From Macrostomum lignano (lineage: Eukaryota), in NCBI GenBank assembly GCA_002269645.1, contig NIVC01001643.1, forward strand, positions 120,584 through 184,583: a DNA stretch of 64,000 bases. Direction: 5' to 3'. The notes below the pieces were generated by a model. That model saw nothing but the letters and a program-made list of their open reading frames with translations, was not told where the DNA came from and ran no database searches. Shown here one piece after another: positions 29,990 to 47,015 of the stretch. The position numbers were made by a program, and so were the translations under genes. Numbering within the stretch: position 1 is the stretch's first letter; each line of letters opens with the position of its first letter.

Positions 29990-30900
29990 AAGACAACGGC
30001 GCCACAAACTGGATTCGATAATGGCGCTACAACATTAGGACGATGGCGCGACAAACTCTGGATTCAAAAATGGCGCCGCTACATTAGGACGATGGCGCCA
30101 CAAACTCTTGAATTGATAATGTTGCTACAACATTAAGAAAATGTTGTCACAAATTCTGGATTTAACGAGGGCGCTACAACATTAGGACAATGGCGCCACA
30201 ACCTCAAGAGTTGATAATGGCGCCACAACCTTAAGAGTTGATAATGGCGCCACAACCTTAAGAGTTGATAATGGCGCCACAACCTCAAGAGTTGATAATG
30301 GCGCCACAACGTCAAGTCGACGGCGCTACAACATGAGGACAATGGCGCCACAACTCTCCCTAAGAGTTAATAATGGCGCCACGACGTCAAGACGACGGCG
30401 CTACAACATTAGGACAATAGCGCCACAACCTCAAGAGTTGATAATGGCGCCACAACGTCAAGACGACGGCGCTACAACATTAGGACAATGGCGCCACAAC
30501 CTCAAGAGTTAGTAATGGCGCCACAACGTCAAGACGACGGCGCTACAACATTAGGACAATAGCGCCACAACCTTAAGAGTTGATAATGGCGCCACAACGT
30601 CAAGACGACGGCGCTACAACATTAGGACAATGGCGCTACAACATTAGGACAATGGCGCCACAACCTCAAGAGTTGATAATGGCGCCACAACGTCAAGACG
30701 ACGGCGCTACAACATTAGGACAATGGCGCCACAACCTCAAGAGTTGATAATGGCGCCACAACGTCAAGACGACGGCGCTACAACCTCTGACAATGGCGCC
30801 ACAACCTCAGATAATGGGGCCACAACGTCAAGACAATAGCGCCACAACCCCAAGAGTTAAAAATGGCGCCACAAGCCAAATTGTTAGTAATAGCGCCAAT
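29990..30900. repeat. Compound minisatellite of 27-bp AATGGCGCCACAACCTCAAGAGTTGAT and related GGCGCY-containing units
   Basis: Period 27 at 30216/30243, with a longer compound unit that includes ACGTCAAGACGACGGCGCTACAACATTAGGAC. Confidence 0.92.
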
Positions 30901-30980
30901 CTCAAGAGTCAACCATGGGCCCATAGAGCCGAAATCCCCTTTTTAGAGCATCAATAAACTCTCAAGAAAAAACACCTTAA

Positions 30981-35296
<4,316 letters not shown>

Positions 35297-37339
35297 TCCT
35301 TGTGCTCTTTTACCTTGGGGTTGCGATAGGGGCCTCGCGGCCTATTCGCGGCGCCTGCGCCCCCCGTCAGTAGTAAAGTAAAGTAGTAACAGGTAGGTCC
35401 GCTATAAAATATACAAACCGACGCACAATTCATCAGTCAATCGTCGGTCAAAACATACTGTATTCCATGTCCTGGCATAAATTTATTTTAAAAAAAAGAA
35501 AATTATAAATATTTCCCTGTGTGTTCGAAGCGAATTACTAATTATTAGTAAATTTTCGAAGTAGTTAGTAATAGAAAAAAAATTACTGTAAGTTGTTCAT
35601 ATAGGACAAGATATACAGGTGAGGGCATTTATCAATAGGGAACATTAAGAAGACATGCTGGTTGTTAATTGTAATTAATTCGCCAAAGGAATAAAAGACA
35701 CACGGGGGTGTAATAAAACAAAATATTACACAACACAGCAATAGGAGTATATATAGATATGATGTCTATTCACGTGCAAATGAAACAAATAAGAAAATAA
35801 GACACCACAAGACCGTAAAAACTAATGAAGAATACCAATAACCACAAATATGCAGCAAGACTCGTGATTGTTAATTAAAAGCATGCCAGGGTCGGGATAA
35901 TTAAACACAGAAATTTATCTGATTTATTAACTTATTTACTCAACATATCGGCAAACTTTATACATCTTCTCATTAATTAATAAACTTCTACAGAAACAAA
36001 TGGCTTACGTCTAAAGTTTTAATCTCAACTTTATTAATTCAAAATCGATACGATTCGCATTTTTATACATACAGAGCCTGACTTTGTATTTAAATTTAGT
36101 TTAAATCTTTTCTATCTAACAAAAGATACAAAAAACGCCATTTCTTCTACTCATAGTAAGTGAGAAAACAAGGCTTAACAATATTTTTCTATTTTTCAAT
36201 ACGATGTGCAGTCAAACGAAAACTCAGGACTTGTTTAAAAATTCAGATTTCTTGTTTATATTTTTTGTATAAAATTTGATTAACTGCACACACGACAACA
36301 GGGCTCATTAGCGAAAACATCAAATAAAAAGCAAGATAGATACGGGAAAAGAACCATTTAGCTCTACGGTTGAAACGCAACTATTTATGTAACTTTTAAT
36401 GAAGCAGTGAGAAAAACCATTATTAAAAATGAAAAAAACCTATTTCGCTGCAATAAGATTTTATTTAAGCATCACGTTGTCGATATAAAAACTAAAAACA
36501 AAATTAAAGAAGCGGCATCGGCAGCCAGAGTAGATCAGGGGGAAAGCAATTACAGCTGCATGAAAATATGGCAGTGCGTCTCTCTGGTTGCAGCAGGAAA
36601 CGCGAGCATTTCTCTCTCTCTTTTAAATGAATATCGTAATAATTAGTAGCGACAAACTATCATTTCGATACATATCGGCTGAAATGTAATAATTCTCAAA
36701 ATGTCACTTAATTTATTTTTCGATACATATCGGTTAAAAATATATTAATAATACAAAACGTCAGGTAATTTATTCTCGACACACATCGTAAACTTTCTAA
36801 ATTAAATTTTATCAAAAACTTAACCTCTATAATTGGACAAACAAACAAAATGGAAAATATAATAAAACAAGCACGTGAAACTGCAAAATAATTTATCTAA
36901 AAGGTACCAGACAGAAAACACAAATTGACAATCACAAGTAGTAAGGTACGCATATGTTAACTAAATCACGACACAAATGAAAGAAAAGCAGTTTTGTATT
37001 TATACATAGGCAAGTAATCGTCGAATTTGTATACTAGTACTAGTAAACAAACACATAATGCGTTAATGCGTATAAAATCCACAATAAATCGAGTTGCTAC
37101 TAATATCAATCAATTCAATGCCCTATCTGTAGTGTTGGAAAATCAGCAGAGATACTGTTTAATATGCCACATACATGTACAAAATTCACATGACAAACGC
37201 ATTGTCTGTAGAGTAGCTTCATTTAAAGTCATTTTTTCGCTTCTTGAGATCAGTTTGAGGGACGAAAATATTCATCAATAAAGCTCTTTTCACCAATGTG
37301 CCATGTTTGATTAGGGATAGAAGCTTTCAACTGTTTACC

Positions 37340-37381
37340 TTGTCTGTGTCCTGCTCGTCTGTCTGTCCGCCTGTCGGTCTA

Positions 37382-37419
<38 letters not shown>

Positions 37420-37441
37420 CGTCTGTCTGTCTGTCTGTCTG

Positions 37442-37473
<32 letters not shown>

Positions 37474-37481
37474 GGTTTTCC

Positions 37482-37513
<32 letters not shown>

Positions 37514-37597
37514 GTCTGTCTGTATGCCTGTCGGTCTATCTGTCTGTATGCCTGTCGGTCTATCTGTCTGTCTGTCTGTCTGTCTCTCGGTCTATCC

Positions 37598-37641
<44 letters not shown>

Positions 37642-37780
37642 GGCTATCCGTCTGCCTGTCTGTCTGGCTATCTGTCTGTCTGTCTGTCTGTCTATCTGTC
37701 TGCGTGTCTGTCTGTCAATCTGTCTGTCTATCTTAGTGTCTGTCTATCAGCCTGCTTGTGTGCCTGCGTGTCTGTCCGTA
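37340..37780. repeat. (TCTG)n microsatellite
   Basis: Directly visible. Confidence 0.96.
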
Positions 37781-37980
37781 TGAATCCAGTGCAACAAAAC
37801 GAACAGGCTTCTTGGCGCAAAGGTCATCAGCAAGCAAACTATAACAGTCAGTAAGCTATCTAAACGTATAAAATTTTTTAAGTTAAAACAACCGCACAAT
37901 AAAAGCTCTAATCCCATAGCCTATGATGTCTATACTGTGGCATTAAAACCTAATTAATACCCGATTTCTAGCACACAACA

Positions 37981-40900
37981 TCATACGGAGTCAGCAGCCT
38001 GATGACCGCCCTCTCCTGAAGCAGCCTCAGCCGCGTCCCCGCCGCCGCCGCCTTTCACGGCGCAACAATTCGACCTAGCAGCGCATTTATTGTTGCCGCA
38101 GTTGATAAAACAGCCGGGGTTGTTGGCAAATCTGCCGCTGGTGTGGTTGCCACCCAAACGGGGAGTTGTGTGCTGGAGTGGTGCGACAGAATATAAATTA
38201 AACTATTGATTTTTGTAGGTTAAAAAGGATTTTTAAAATGTCGACTTGCCTCGTTGAACTCAGGCTGAATAGTGGTGCAGTGAATGTCGAAAGTGTGAAA
38301 TATGTGCTTGGCAGCTCGGGACACGCTGATGTATTCGGCTGGAAATTAAATGCAAATATTGCAGAATTCAAGCTGTGGCAAAACTAAACCACTGTGTAGT
38401 ACTTCTCACACTCTGTCGTACTCTAAATCTTACTCTAAATGCTTTCTAGTCTCACATGTCACCTTGCCCCTATCTACGTCTCCTCTCAGTCTCCCTCCCT
38501 CAGAGTCTACCTCTCTCCCTCCTTTCCAGTCTCCCTCTCTCCCTCCTTTCCAGTCTCCCTCTCTCCCTCCTTTTCAGTCTCCCTCTCTTCCAGTCTCCCT
38601 CTCTCCCTTCCTCAGAGTCTCCCTCTCTCTCTCTCCCTCAGAGTCTCCCTCTCTCTCTCTCCCTCAGAGTCTCCCTCTCTCCCTCCCTCAGAGTCTCCCT
38701 CTCTCCCTCCCTCAGAGTCTCCCTCTCTCCTTCCATTCCAGTCCCCCTCTCTCCCTCCATTCCAGTCTCCCTCCCTCCCAATCTCCCTCTCTCCCTCCCT
38801 CCCAGTCTCCCTCTCTCCTAGTCTCCCTCCCTCCCAGTCTCTCCCTCCATCACAGTCCCCCTCTCTTCCAGTCTTCCTCTCTCCCTCCCTCCCTCCCAGT
38901 CTCCCTCTCTCCCTCCCTCCCAGTCTCCCTCTCTCCCTCCCTCCCAGTCTCCCTCCCTCCCAGTCTCCCTCTCTCCCTCCCTCCCAGTCTCCCTATTTCC
39001 CTCCCTCCCAGTCTCCCTCTCTCCCTTCCTCACAGTCTTCCTCTCTCCCTCCATTCCAGTCTCCCTCTCCCCTCTCTCTCCTAGTCTCCCTCTCTCCATC
39101 TCTTCCAGTCTCCCTCTCTCCCTTCCTCACAGTCTTCCTCTCTCCCTCCATTCCAGTCTCCCTCTCCCCTCTCTCTCCTAGTCTCTCTTTCTCCCTTCCA
39201 GTCTCCCTCTCCCTTTCTTAGCTACTCACGCAGATCCCGACAGCGGATGTGCACGGTGCCGATATAGCAATCTGACTGCAGCTGCCACACGTGCAAATCG
39301 TGCACTTGTAGGATGCCATCGAGCTACAAATTTTGAGTAGAAAAAAACTATAATTGCTACTTACAGTACAATAGAAAATCTGCTATTGCAAATCAAAATG
39401 ACAAACATTTTCCAATCTCTTCTGCAAATCGTCGAGTTTGATCTCTTTAGGCACCGTCTGCATCAGAATGTTGAGCGCTTTTAGAACTGAAATTTATTTA
39501 GAGAGCAAAGATTAGGCTGTTTATTGATTGATTTGACTATAGCATTTATCAGTCTTACCATCTACCTGCCAGTCTCACCATCTACCTGTCAGTCTCACCA
39601 TCTACCTGTCGGTCTCACCATCTACCTGTCAGTCTCACCATCTACCTGCCAGTCTCACCATCTACCTGTCAGTCTCACCATCTACCTGCCAGTCTCACCA
39701 TCTACCTGTCAGTCTCACCATCTACCTGTCAGTCTCACCATCTAACCTGCCAGTCTCACCATCTACCTGCCAGTCTTACCATCTACCTGCCAGTCTCACC
39801 ATCTACCTGTCAGTCTCACCATCTACCTGTCAGTCTCACCATCTACCTGTCAGTCTTACCATCTACCTGCCAGTCTCACCATTTACCTGCCAGTCTCACC
39901 ATCTACCTGTCAGTCTCACCATCTACCTGTCAGTCTCACCATCTAACCTGTCAGTCTCACCATCTACCTGTCAGTCTCACCATCTACCTGTCAGTCTCAC
40001 CATCTAACCTGTCAGTCTCACCATCTACCTGTCAGTCTCACCATCTACCTGTCAGTCTCACCATCTACCTGTCAGTCTCACCATCTACCTGTCAGTCTCA
40101 CCATCTACCTGTCAGTCTCACCATCTACCTGTCAGTCTCACCATCTACCTGTCAGTCTCACCATCTACCTGTCAGTCTCACCATCTACCTGTCAGTCTCA
40201 CCGTCTACCTGTCAGTCTCACCGTCTACCTGTCAGTCTCACCGTCTACCTGTCAGTCTCACCGTCTACCAGTCAGTCTCACCATCTACCTGTCAGTCTCA
40301 CCATCTACCTGTCAGTCTCACCATCTACCCGTCAGTCTCACCATCTAACCTGTCAGTCTCACCATCTACCTGTCAGTCTCACCATCTACCTGTCAGTCTC
40401 ACCATCTAACCTGTCAGTCTCACCATCTAACCTGTCAGTCTCACCATCTACCTGCCAGTCTCACCATCTACCTGCCAGTCTCACCATCTACCTGTCAGTC
40501 TCACCATCTACCTGTCAGTCTCACCATCTACCTGTCAGTCTCACCATCTAACCTGTCAGTCTCACCATCTACCTGCCAGTCTCACCATCTAACCTGTCAG
40601 TCTCACCATCTACCTGTCAGTCTCACCATCTACCTGTCAGTCTCACCATCTACCTGTCAGTCTCACCATCTACCTGTCAGTCTCACCGTCTACCTGTCAG
40701 TCTCACCGTCTACCTGTCAGTCTCACCGTCTACCTGTCAGTCTCACCGTCTACCAGTCAGTCTCACCATCTACCTGTCAGTCTCACCATCTACCTGTCAG
40801 TCTCACCATCTACCCGTCAGTCTCACCATCTAACCTGTCAGTCTCACCATCTACCTGTCAGTCTCACCATCTAACCTGTCAGTCTCACCATCTACCTGCC

Positions 40901-43900
40901 AGTCTCACCATTTACCTGCCAGTCTCACCATCTACCTGTCAGTCTCACCATCTAACCTGTCAGTCTCACCATCTACCTGTCAGTCTCACCATCTAACCTG
41001 TCAGTCTCACCATCTACCTGTCAGTCTCACCATCTAACCTGTCAGTCTCACCATCTACCTGCCAGTCTCACCATCTAACCTGTCAGTCTCACCATCTACC
41101 TGCCAGTCTCACCATCTACCTGTCAGTCTCACCATCTACCTGCCAGTCTCACCATCTACCTGTCAGTCTCACCATCTACCTGTCGGTCTCACTTTCTACC
41201 TGTCAATCTGACAACCCACTTGCCAAGTTGAAAACCCATTTGCCAATCTGAAAATCCATCAGTCAATCTGACAACCCATCAGTCATTAAGACTAACTGTC
41301 TTAAAACAACAACAGTTGAAAAAGCAATGGAAATCCATCAAACGGAAAACCTACACAATGGTATAGTAGAGAACAACATAATGGCGACAAGCAGCAAACT
41401 AAGACTCGGATCGATATAAGTCTGCCAACGCCGTCCTGGCTCCTCAATTAAGCAGGTGTCATTGCCTAGCAACACGGCCCTGGCCTCGTACAGGTCGAGC
41501 GAATAGCCAGGCGGAGCGAGCCAGAGAGTCACGGCTGATACAATAACAATCACTGAGCCAAGGGTGTCGCCAATGATATGCAAAAATGCCGCCTGCATGT
41601 TCATGTGACCAGAGCCTGCGGATGTATCATAGAGGCAAAACATCTTTATAAATACTTTCGATACATATCGGCTTCGGAAATACTAATGCAATGTAGGTTT
41701 AATAATGAGTAAATAAATGCACAATACAAACAGAAAATTCTATAGAAAACTATAATAATACTACTGACTCTTTGTAGGCAGTAACAATGACAGCGAGTCA
41801 GGCTTATTTTTCATACTCATGATAAAAAACACTTGCGCAGTGTGTTGAGTTAAAAAGAGCAAAAATGACTGAACAGACAAGTGATAGTTAATTAATTAAA
41901 CCAAAACGAGGTACTACGCCACTTTTAAAACGTTAAAAATAAATTTCAGACACAAAATCAAATTAATAAAATTGCATTTGATGTCAATAAGCTGCGCGTC
42001 TTCTCGGTCAACTTAAAGCGATGTTGTTTAAATCATTAATTCTATTTTTAGAAAAAAAATGAGTCATACTGATGACTGGAAGTGAGTCATACTGATGACT
42101 GGAAGTGAGTCATACTGATGAATTGAAGTGAGTCATACCGATGACTGGAACTGAGTCATACTGATGACTTGAAGTGAGTCATACCGATGACTGGAAATGA
42201 GTCATACTGATGACTGGAAGTGAGTCATACTGATGAATTGTAGTGAGTCATACTGATGACTGTGAGTCATACTGATGAATTGAAGTGAGTCATACTGATG
42301 AATTGAAGTGAGTCATACTGATAACTTGAATTGAGTCATACTGATGACTTGAATTGAGTCATACTGATGACTGGAAGTGAGTCATACTGATGAATTGTAG
42401 TGAGTCATACCGATGACTGGAACTGAGTCATACTAATGACTGGAAGTGAGTCATACTGATGACTTGAAACGAGTTAAGTAAGTCGAGAGATTTCGCAATG
42501 AAAAAGTGGGTCAGTTCTACTCTAAGCAACGTCACCTCAAATTAGCAAGGTTATTAGGTAGTAGGCCGAGAGAAAGTGAGAATAACCACGCAAAAAGTAC
42601 AACTGAGCATGCAGATAGGCAAGAAACATCGAGAGAAAGTACCAGTAAAAAAGTTTATATTTTCTTTTTACGGGTTAATATGGACTGTGGAGAACTGAAC
42701 TATAATACTAAGGCAAGTATTTGGCTCTGACCACACTGACCCAACAACTCCTATCTTGACCTAGCATGACCCACATTGACCCAACAACTCCTATCTCGAC
42801 CTAGCATGACCCACATTGACCCAACAATTCCTATCTTGACCTAGATTTATCCACATAGAGTCAACAACTCCCATCTTAACCTAGCATGACCCAAATTGGC
42901 CCAACAGCTACAATCTTGACCTAGCATGACTCACAATGACCCAAGAGCTCCTATCTTGACCTAGCATAACCCACGTTGACCCGAAACCTCCTATCTCGAC
43001 CTAGCATGACGCAAAATAACCCGAGTGGCTAAAATCTTACAAAATACTAATTAAGAGTAAGATGGCATTTAAAAAGCTTCCACGATCGGGTTAATTCCAC
43101 TGATTGAGGAAAATCCGACTCCTTACCGCGAGACGCGCCAACCTCATGGCTGTGTCCGTGCCCTCCGCCGCCCCCGCCGCCGCTTCCAGCATCCAAAGCG
43201 ACATCATCGCCTTCGCCTTGATCAACCTCGTCAATTTCTGACGGCCTAGGCAGAGCGTTAGGCAGCCAGGACGGCCCAAGCGAGCCTCGGCGCAAACTAG
43301 CAACGCTGTGCTCAACGGCAGCCAGAAGCGAAGGCGATGAAGCCCTATCGGAAGCTGGAGCGACTGGATGAGCAGCGGAGGTTGAGGCGGCCGGCGAGGT
43401 TTGCTCAATTAGAATCGGCACGGCGGCTTCACAGAAATATTAGTCAAAAGGGATAGAAAAGTTCAGAAATAATCAATGAAGATACTTACTAAAAGTAGTG
43501 TATGTGTAATTTGCGTAGAAAAAATCGAAAAATTAAAGAATAACAACTTAAACCAAAACAGAGCCTATGGGTACCGCTTTTAAACACTATAAATTTATAA
43601 CACGCTTATATGGTCCCTGGTTAACGAAATTGCTTAACTGCCAAACTGTTACGAATAATACAATATGGGTTTTTAAAACACATAGGGGAATCAGACTGGA
43701 GAGGTCACTGGGGGGAGGGGAGAGAGATGGAGAAGGGAGACAAAGAGAGAGAGAGAGCGGGGGGAGGGAAGAAGTGAGGGAGAGAAATGAGGAAGAGGGG
43801 AAGGGAGAGAGGAAAAGCTGAGAGGAGAGAGGGGGAGGGGAGATAAGAGGGGGAGAGGAGGAAGTAAGGAGATGAGAGAGGAGGGAGATGAGGGGGAGAT

Positions 43901-46889
43901 GGAAGGGACAGAGAGATGAGAGGACAAAGATCAACGAAAGAAATATAAAATAAGTGTTTCTGCAAGTTGGCCCTTAAAAAATTGTGAAGCAAACACGATA
44001 CAATTAACCGCTTGTAAATAAAGTTCGTGTGTGTCTGAATAATCGAAGCAGCTGCAGCTGCAAAGAAAGAGAACGCATTAAAGGACAGACATCAACCCTA
44101 AATAAGGAAGCTTTCAACTGGGAAGGAGCCAAGGCGAAGGAGTCGCAGCAGAAATGTGAAAAATATTCACAGAATGCGCATACCTTCCAGCTAACTGCAC
44201 CCTAGGCCATGGGGTGCTGAAAGTTCTTAGCCTTTCTAATATAACAGTTCAAATACAAATGTAACAGTATTGCTTATGCAACGAATACAATCAAAGTAAT
44301 TTTACTTCTGCTGTTTATGCAGAGTAAAACGTAGTTTTTCCTTTTAGGTTAACACAAGTTAGTGACCGGATACGAGGAAAGAGGAGAAAGGATGAGGTGA
44401 AGAGAGGGGGACACGTAGAGAGACAGGGAAATGGAGACAGAGTAAGGGAGAGGGAGAGGTGGAGAGGGAGACGAATGAGACAAAGAGAGGGAGACAAAGA
44501 CAGGGAGACAAGGAAAGGTAGAGGGGGAGATGGAGACAGGGAGAGGTAGAGAGGGAGGGAGACAGGGAGAGGTAGACAGTGAGAGGCAAAGAGGGGGATG
44601 GAGACATGGAGAGGGAGACAGGGAGAGGGAGACGGAGAGGCAGATAGGGAGAGGGAGACAGGGAGACGTAAGAGGGAGAGGTAGAGAGGGAGATGGAGAC
44701 AGGGAGAGGTAGAAAGGGAGGGAGACAGGGAGAGGTAGACAGTGAGAGGCAAAGAGGGGGATGGAGACAGGGAGAGGGAGAGAGGGAGACAGGGAGAGGT
44801 AGATAGGGAGAAGGAGACAGGGAGACGTAAGAGGGAGAGGGAGATGGAGACAGGGAAAGGTAGAGAGGGAGGGAGACAGGGAGAGGAAGACAGGGAGAGG
44901 GAGACAGGAAGAGGGAGACAGGTAGAGGGAGACAAGGAGAGGGAGATGGAGACAGGGAGAGGGAGACAGGAAGAGGAAGACAGGGGGAGGTAGATAGGTA
45001 GAGGGAGACAAGGAGAGGGAGATGGAGAGGTAGAGAGAAATAGAGTGGGAGACTATAATTACGTAGAGTATATACAAGGAGACAGGTTGGAGAGGTCACT
45101 GCCTCAGCTAGCATTTACTTCTGAATAATAAGTATATTTATATGCAGCAATTTTTTAAACCACAAAGTTTATTTAGCTAAAGCAATATTAAATTAAATTT
45201 ATTAAACAGTTTAAGGAATCAAAACCGAGACAAAAAGTTTATTTACAGCGAATCATTAAATAGCTCACCGGAACTTGTTGCGACTGCACCGGAAGCAGCA
45301 GCAGCAGCAGCAGTAGCGCCGGCGGTCGCACGCTTTGGACTGGCATTGTCTTGCTCATCCATGCACTCGACTTTCATTGGCTCGTCACCGGCCTCTGCTG
45401 CCGCGGCCTGCGCCATTGGCCGAGCCTCCTCTGGTAGAAATTCCACCGATTTGTGCTGCATCAGCAGCTCCGCTTGATGCTTTGGGAATGAGAAAGGTAA
45501 TCAGCTGGGACTGATTGACACTCTGGTGAGGCTGGGTATGGGATCTGAGGAGACTGGGTATGGGATCTGAGGAGACTGGGTATGGGATCTGAGGAGACTG
45601 GGTATGGGATCTGAGGAGACTGGGTATGGGATCTGAGGAGACTAGGTATGGAATTCATATGTGATTGAGATGAAGGGAGACAGCGATTGAGATGAAGGGA
45701 GACAGTGATTGTGATGAAGGGAGACTGTGATTGAGATGAAGGGAGACTGTGATCAAGATGAAGACAGTGATCAAGATTAAGGGAGACAGCGATTGAGCTG
45801 AAGGGAGACTGTGATCAAGATGGAGACAGTGATCAAGATGAAGGGAGACAGTGATTGAGATGAAGGGAGACTGTGATTGAGCTGAAGGGAGACTGTGATC
45901 AAGATGGAGACAGTGATCAAGATGAAGGGAGACAGTGATCAAGATGAAGGGAGACAGTGATCAAGATGAAGGGAGACAGTGATTGAGATGAAGGGAGACT
46001 GTGATTGAGCTGAAGGGAGACTGTGATCAAGATGGAGACAGTGATCAAGATGAAGGGAGACAGTGATTGAGATGAAGGGAGACTGTGATTGAGATGAAGG
46101 GAGACTGTGATCAAGATGAAGGGAGACAGTGATCAAGATGAAGGGAGACAGTGATCAAGATGAAGGGAGACAGTGATCCAGATGAAGGGAGACAGCGATT
46201 GAGATGAAGGGAGACAGTGATCAAGATGAAGGGAGACAGTGATCAAGATGAAGGGAGACAGTGATCAAGATGAAGGGAGACAGTGATCCAGATGAAGGGA
46301 GACAGTGATTGAGATGAAGGGAGACAGTGATCAAGATGAAGGGAGGCAGTGATTGAGATGATGTGAAACAGTGATTGAGATGAAGGGAGACTAGTGCTAC
46401 ATGAATAACTGCAAAACAGCAATTAATAATTACCGAATGCTCAGATGCATGGCCGCCATGCCCGTGGCTGTGACCGCAGAATAGCAAAATACCAATCAGG
46501 TTAATGAGCAGGCCGCCAGAGCCAACATAGACAATGAGTTTTGGATCTTTCATCGGATGCGGTTCAATAATCTTCTGAACAGCTTCAATAATGATAGTGA
46601 AGCACAGAGTCATTAGCATGACAGTGTTAACCAATGTACCCAATATTTCAGCACGTTGGAAGCCGTACGTATGCCGACCATCTCTTGGCTTCTTGCCAAC
46701 CCGAACAGCCCCCAGAGCGACAATCAGTGCTAGAACATCTGACAGCATGTGAAACGAATCGGCAACCAAAGTGACCGAGTCGCACAGGTGGCCAACAACT
46801 AATTCTACAGCAAAATAGGCTAGAGCCATGATTATCATCAGGCCTAGACGATGAGTCTTACTCAGGTGAAACATGGCTGATTGATGCAC
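37981..46889 (-). CDS. SLC30A1: Cation diffusion facilitator zinc exporter, ZnT1/SLC30A1-like (~560 aa, 8 exons)
   Basis: Exons are 46889-46434, 45479-45269, 43426-43127, 41615-41355, 39486-39407, 39323-39230, 38338-38250 and 38172-37981; phases are consistent and the total is 1683 nt. Motifs: ADSFHMLSDV, TYGFQRAEILG, His-rich loop (HSHGHGGH, HGHSH), MNMQAAFLHIIGD, YIDP, LMQTVP, VHDLHVWQL, IHCTTIQPEF and a Cys-rich tail. Two acceptors are AAG and the last donor is GC. The second Met at 46874 is an alternative start. Confidence 0.93.
38480..39218. repeat. Pyrimidine-rich minisatellite (CCAGTCTCCCTCTCTCCCTC-like) in ZnT intron 6
   Basis: Directly visible. Confidence 0.93.
39550..41195. repeat. 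20-bp minisatellite (AGTCTCACCATCTACCTGTC), ~80 copies, in ZnT intron 4
   Basis: Period 20. Confidence 0.97.
42061..42470. repeat. 23-bp minisatellite (GAGTCATACTGATGACTGGAAGT)
   Basis: Starts at 42061, 42084 and 42107. Confidence 0.95.
42730..43020. repeat. 40-bp minisatellite (GACCCACATTGACCCAACAACTCCTATCTTGACCTAGCAT), ~7 copies
   Basis: Period 40. Confidence 0.9.
44385..45050. repeat. Purine-rich GGAGACAGGGAGAG-type repeat in ZnT intron 2
   Basis: Directly visible. A second GA-rich tract lies at about 43690-43925. Confidence 0.9.
45533..46392. repeat. Two adjacent 22-bp minisatellites (GGTATGGGATCTGAGGAGACTG; GTGATCAAGATGAAGGGAGACA) filling ZnT intron 1
   Basis: Period 22 in both (45535/45557; 45921/45943). 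Confidence 0.95.
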
Positions 46890-47015
46890 TTATTGGTTAT
46901 ATTGGACAGTTGCAAAACTCTTAATGCTGATGACCAATTGCTGTGGGAAGTGCAAAGAATATATCAGTTTTTATTAAGTGTGTGACTTTATCAACCTTCG
47001 ATGTCATAAGTTTAA

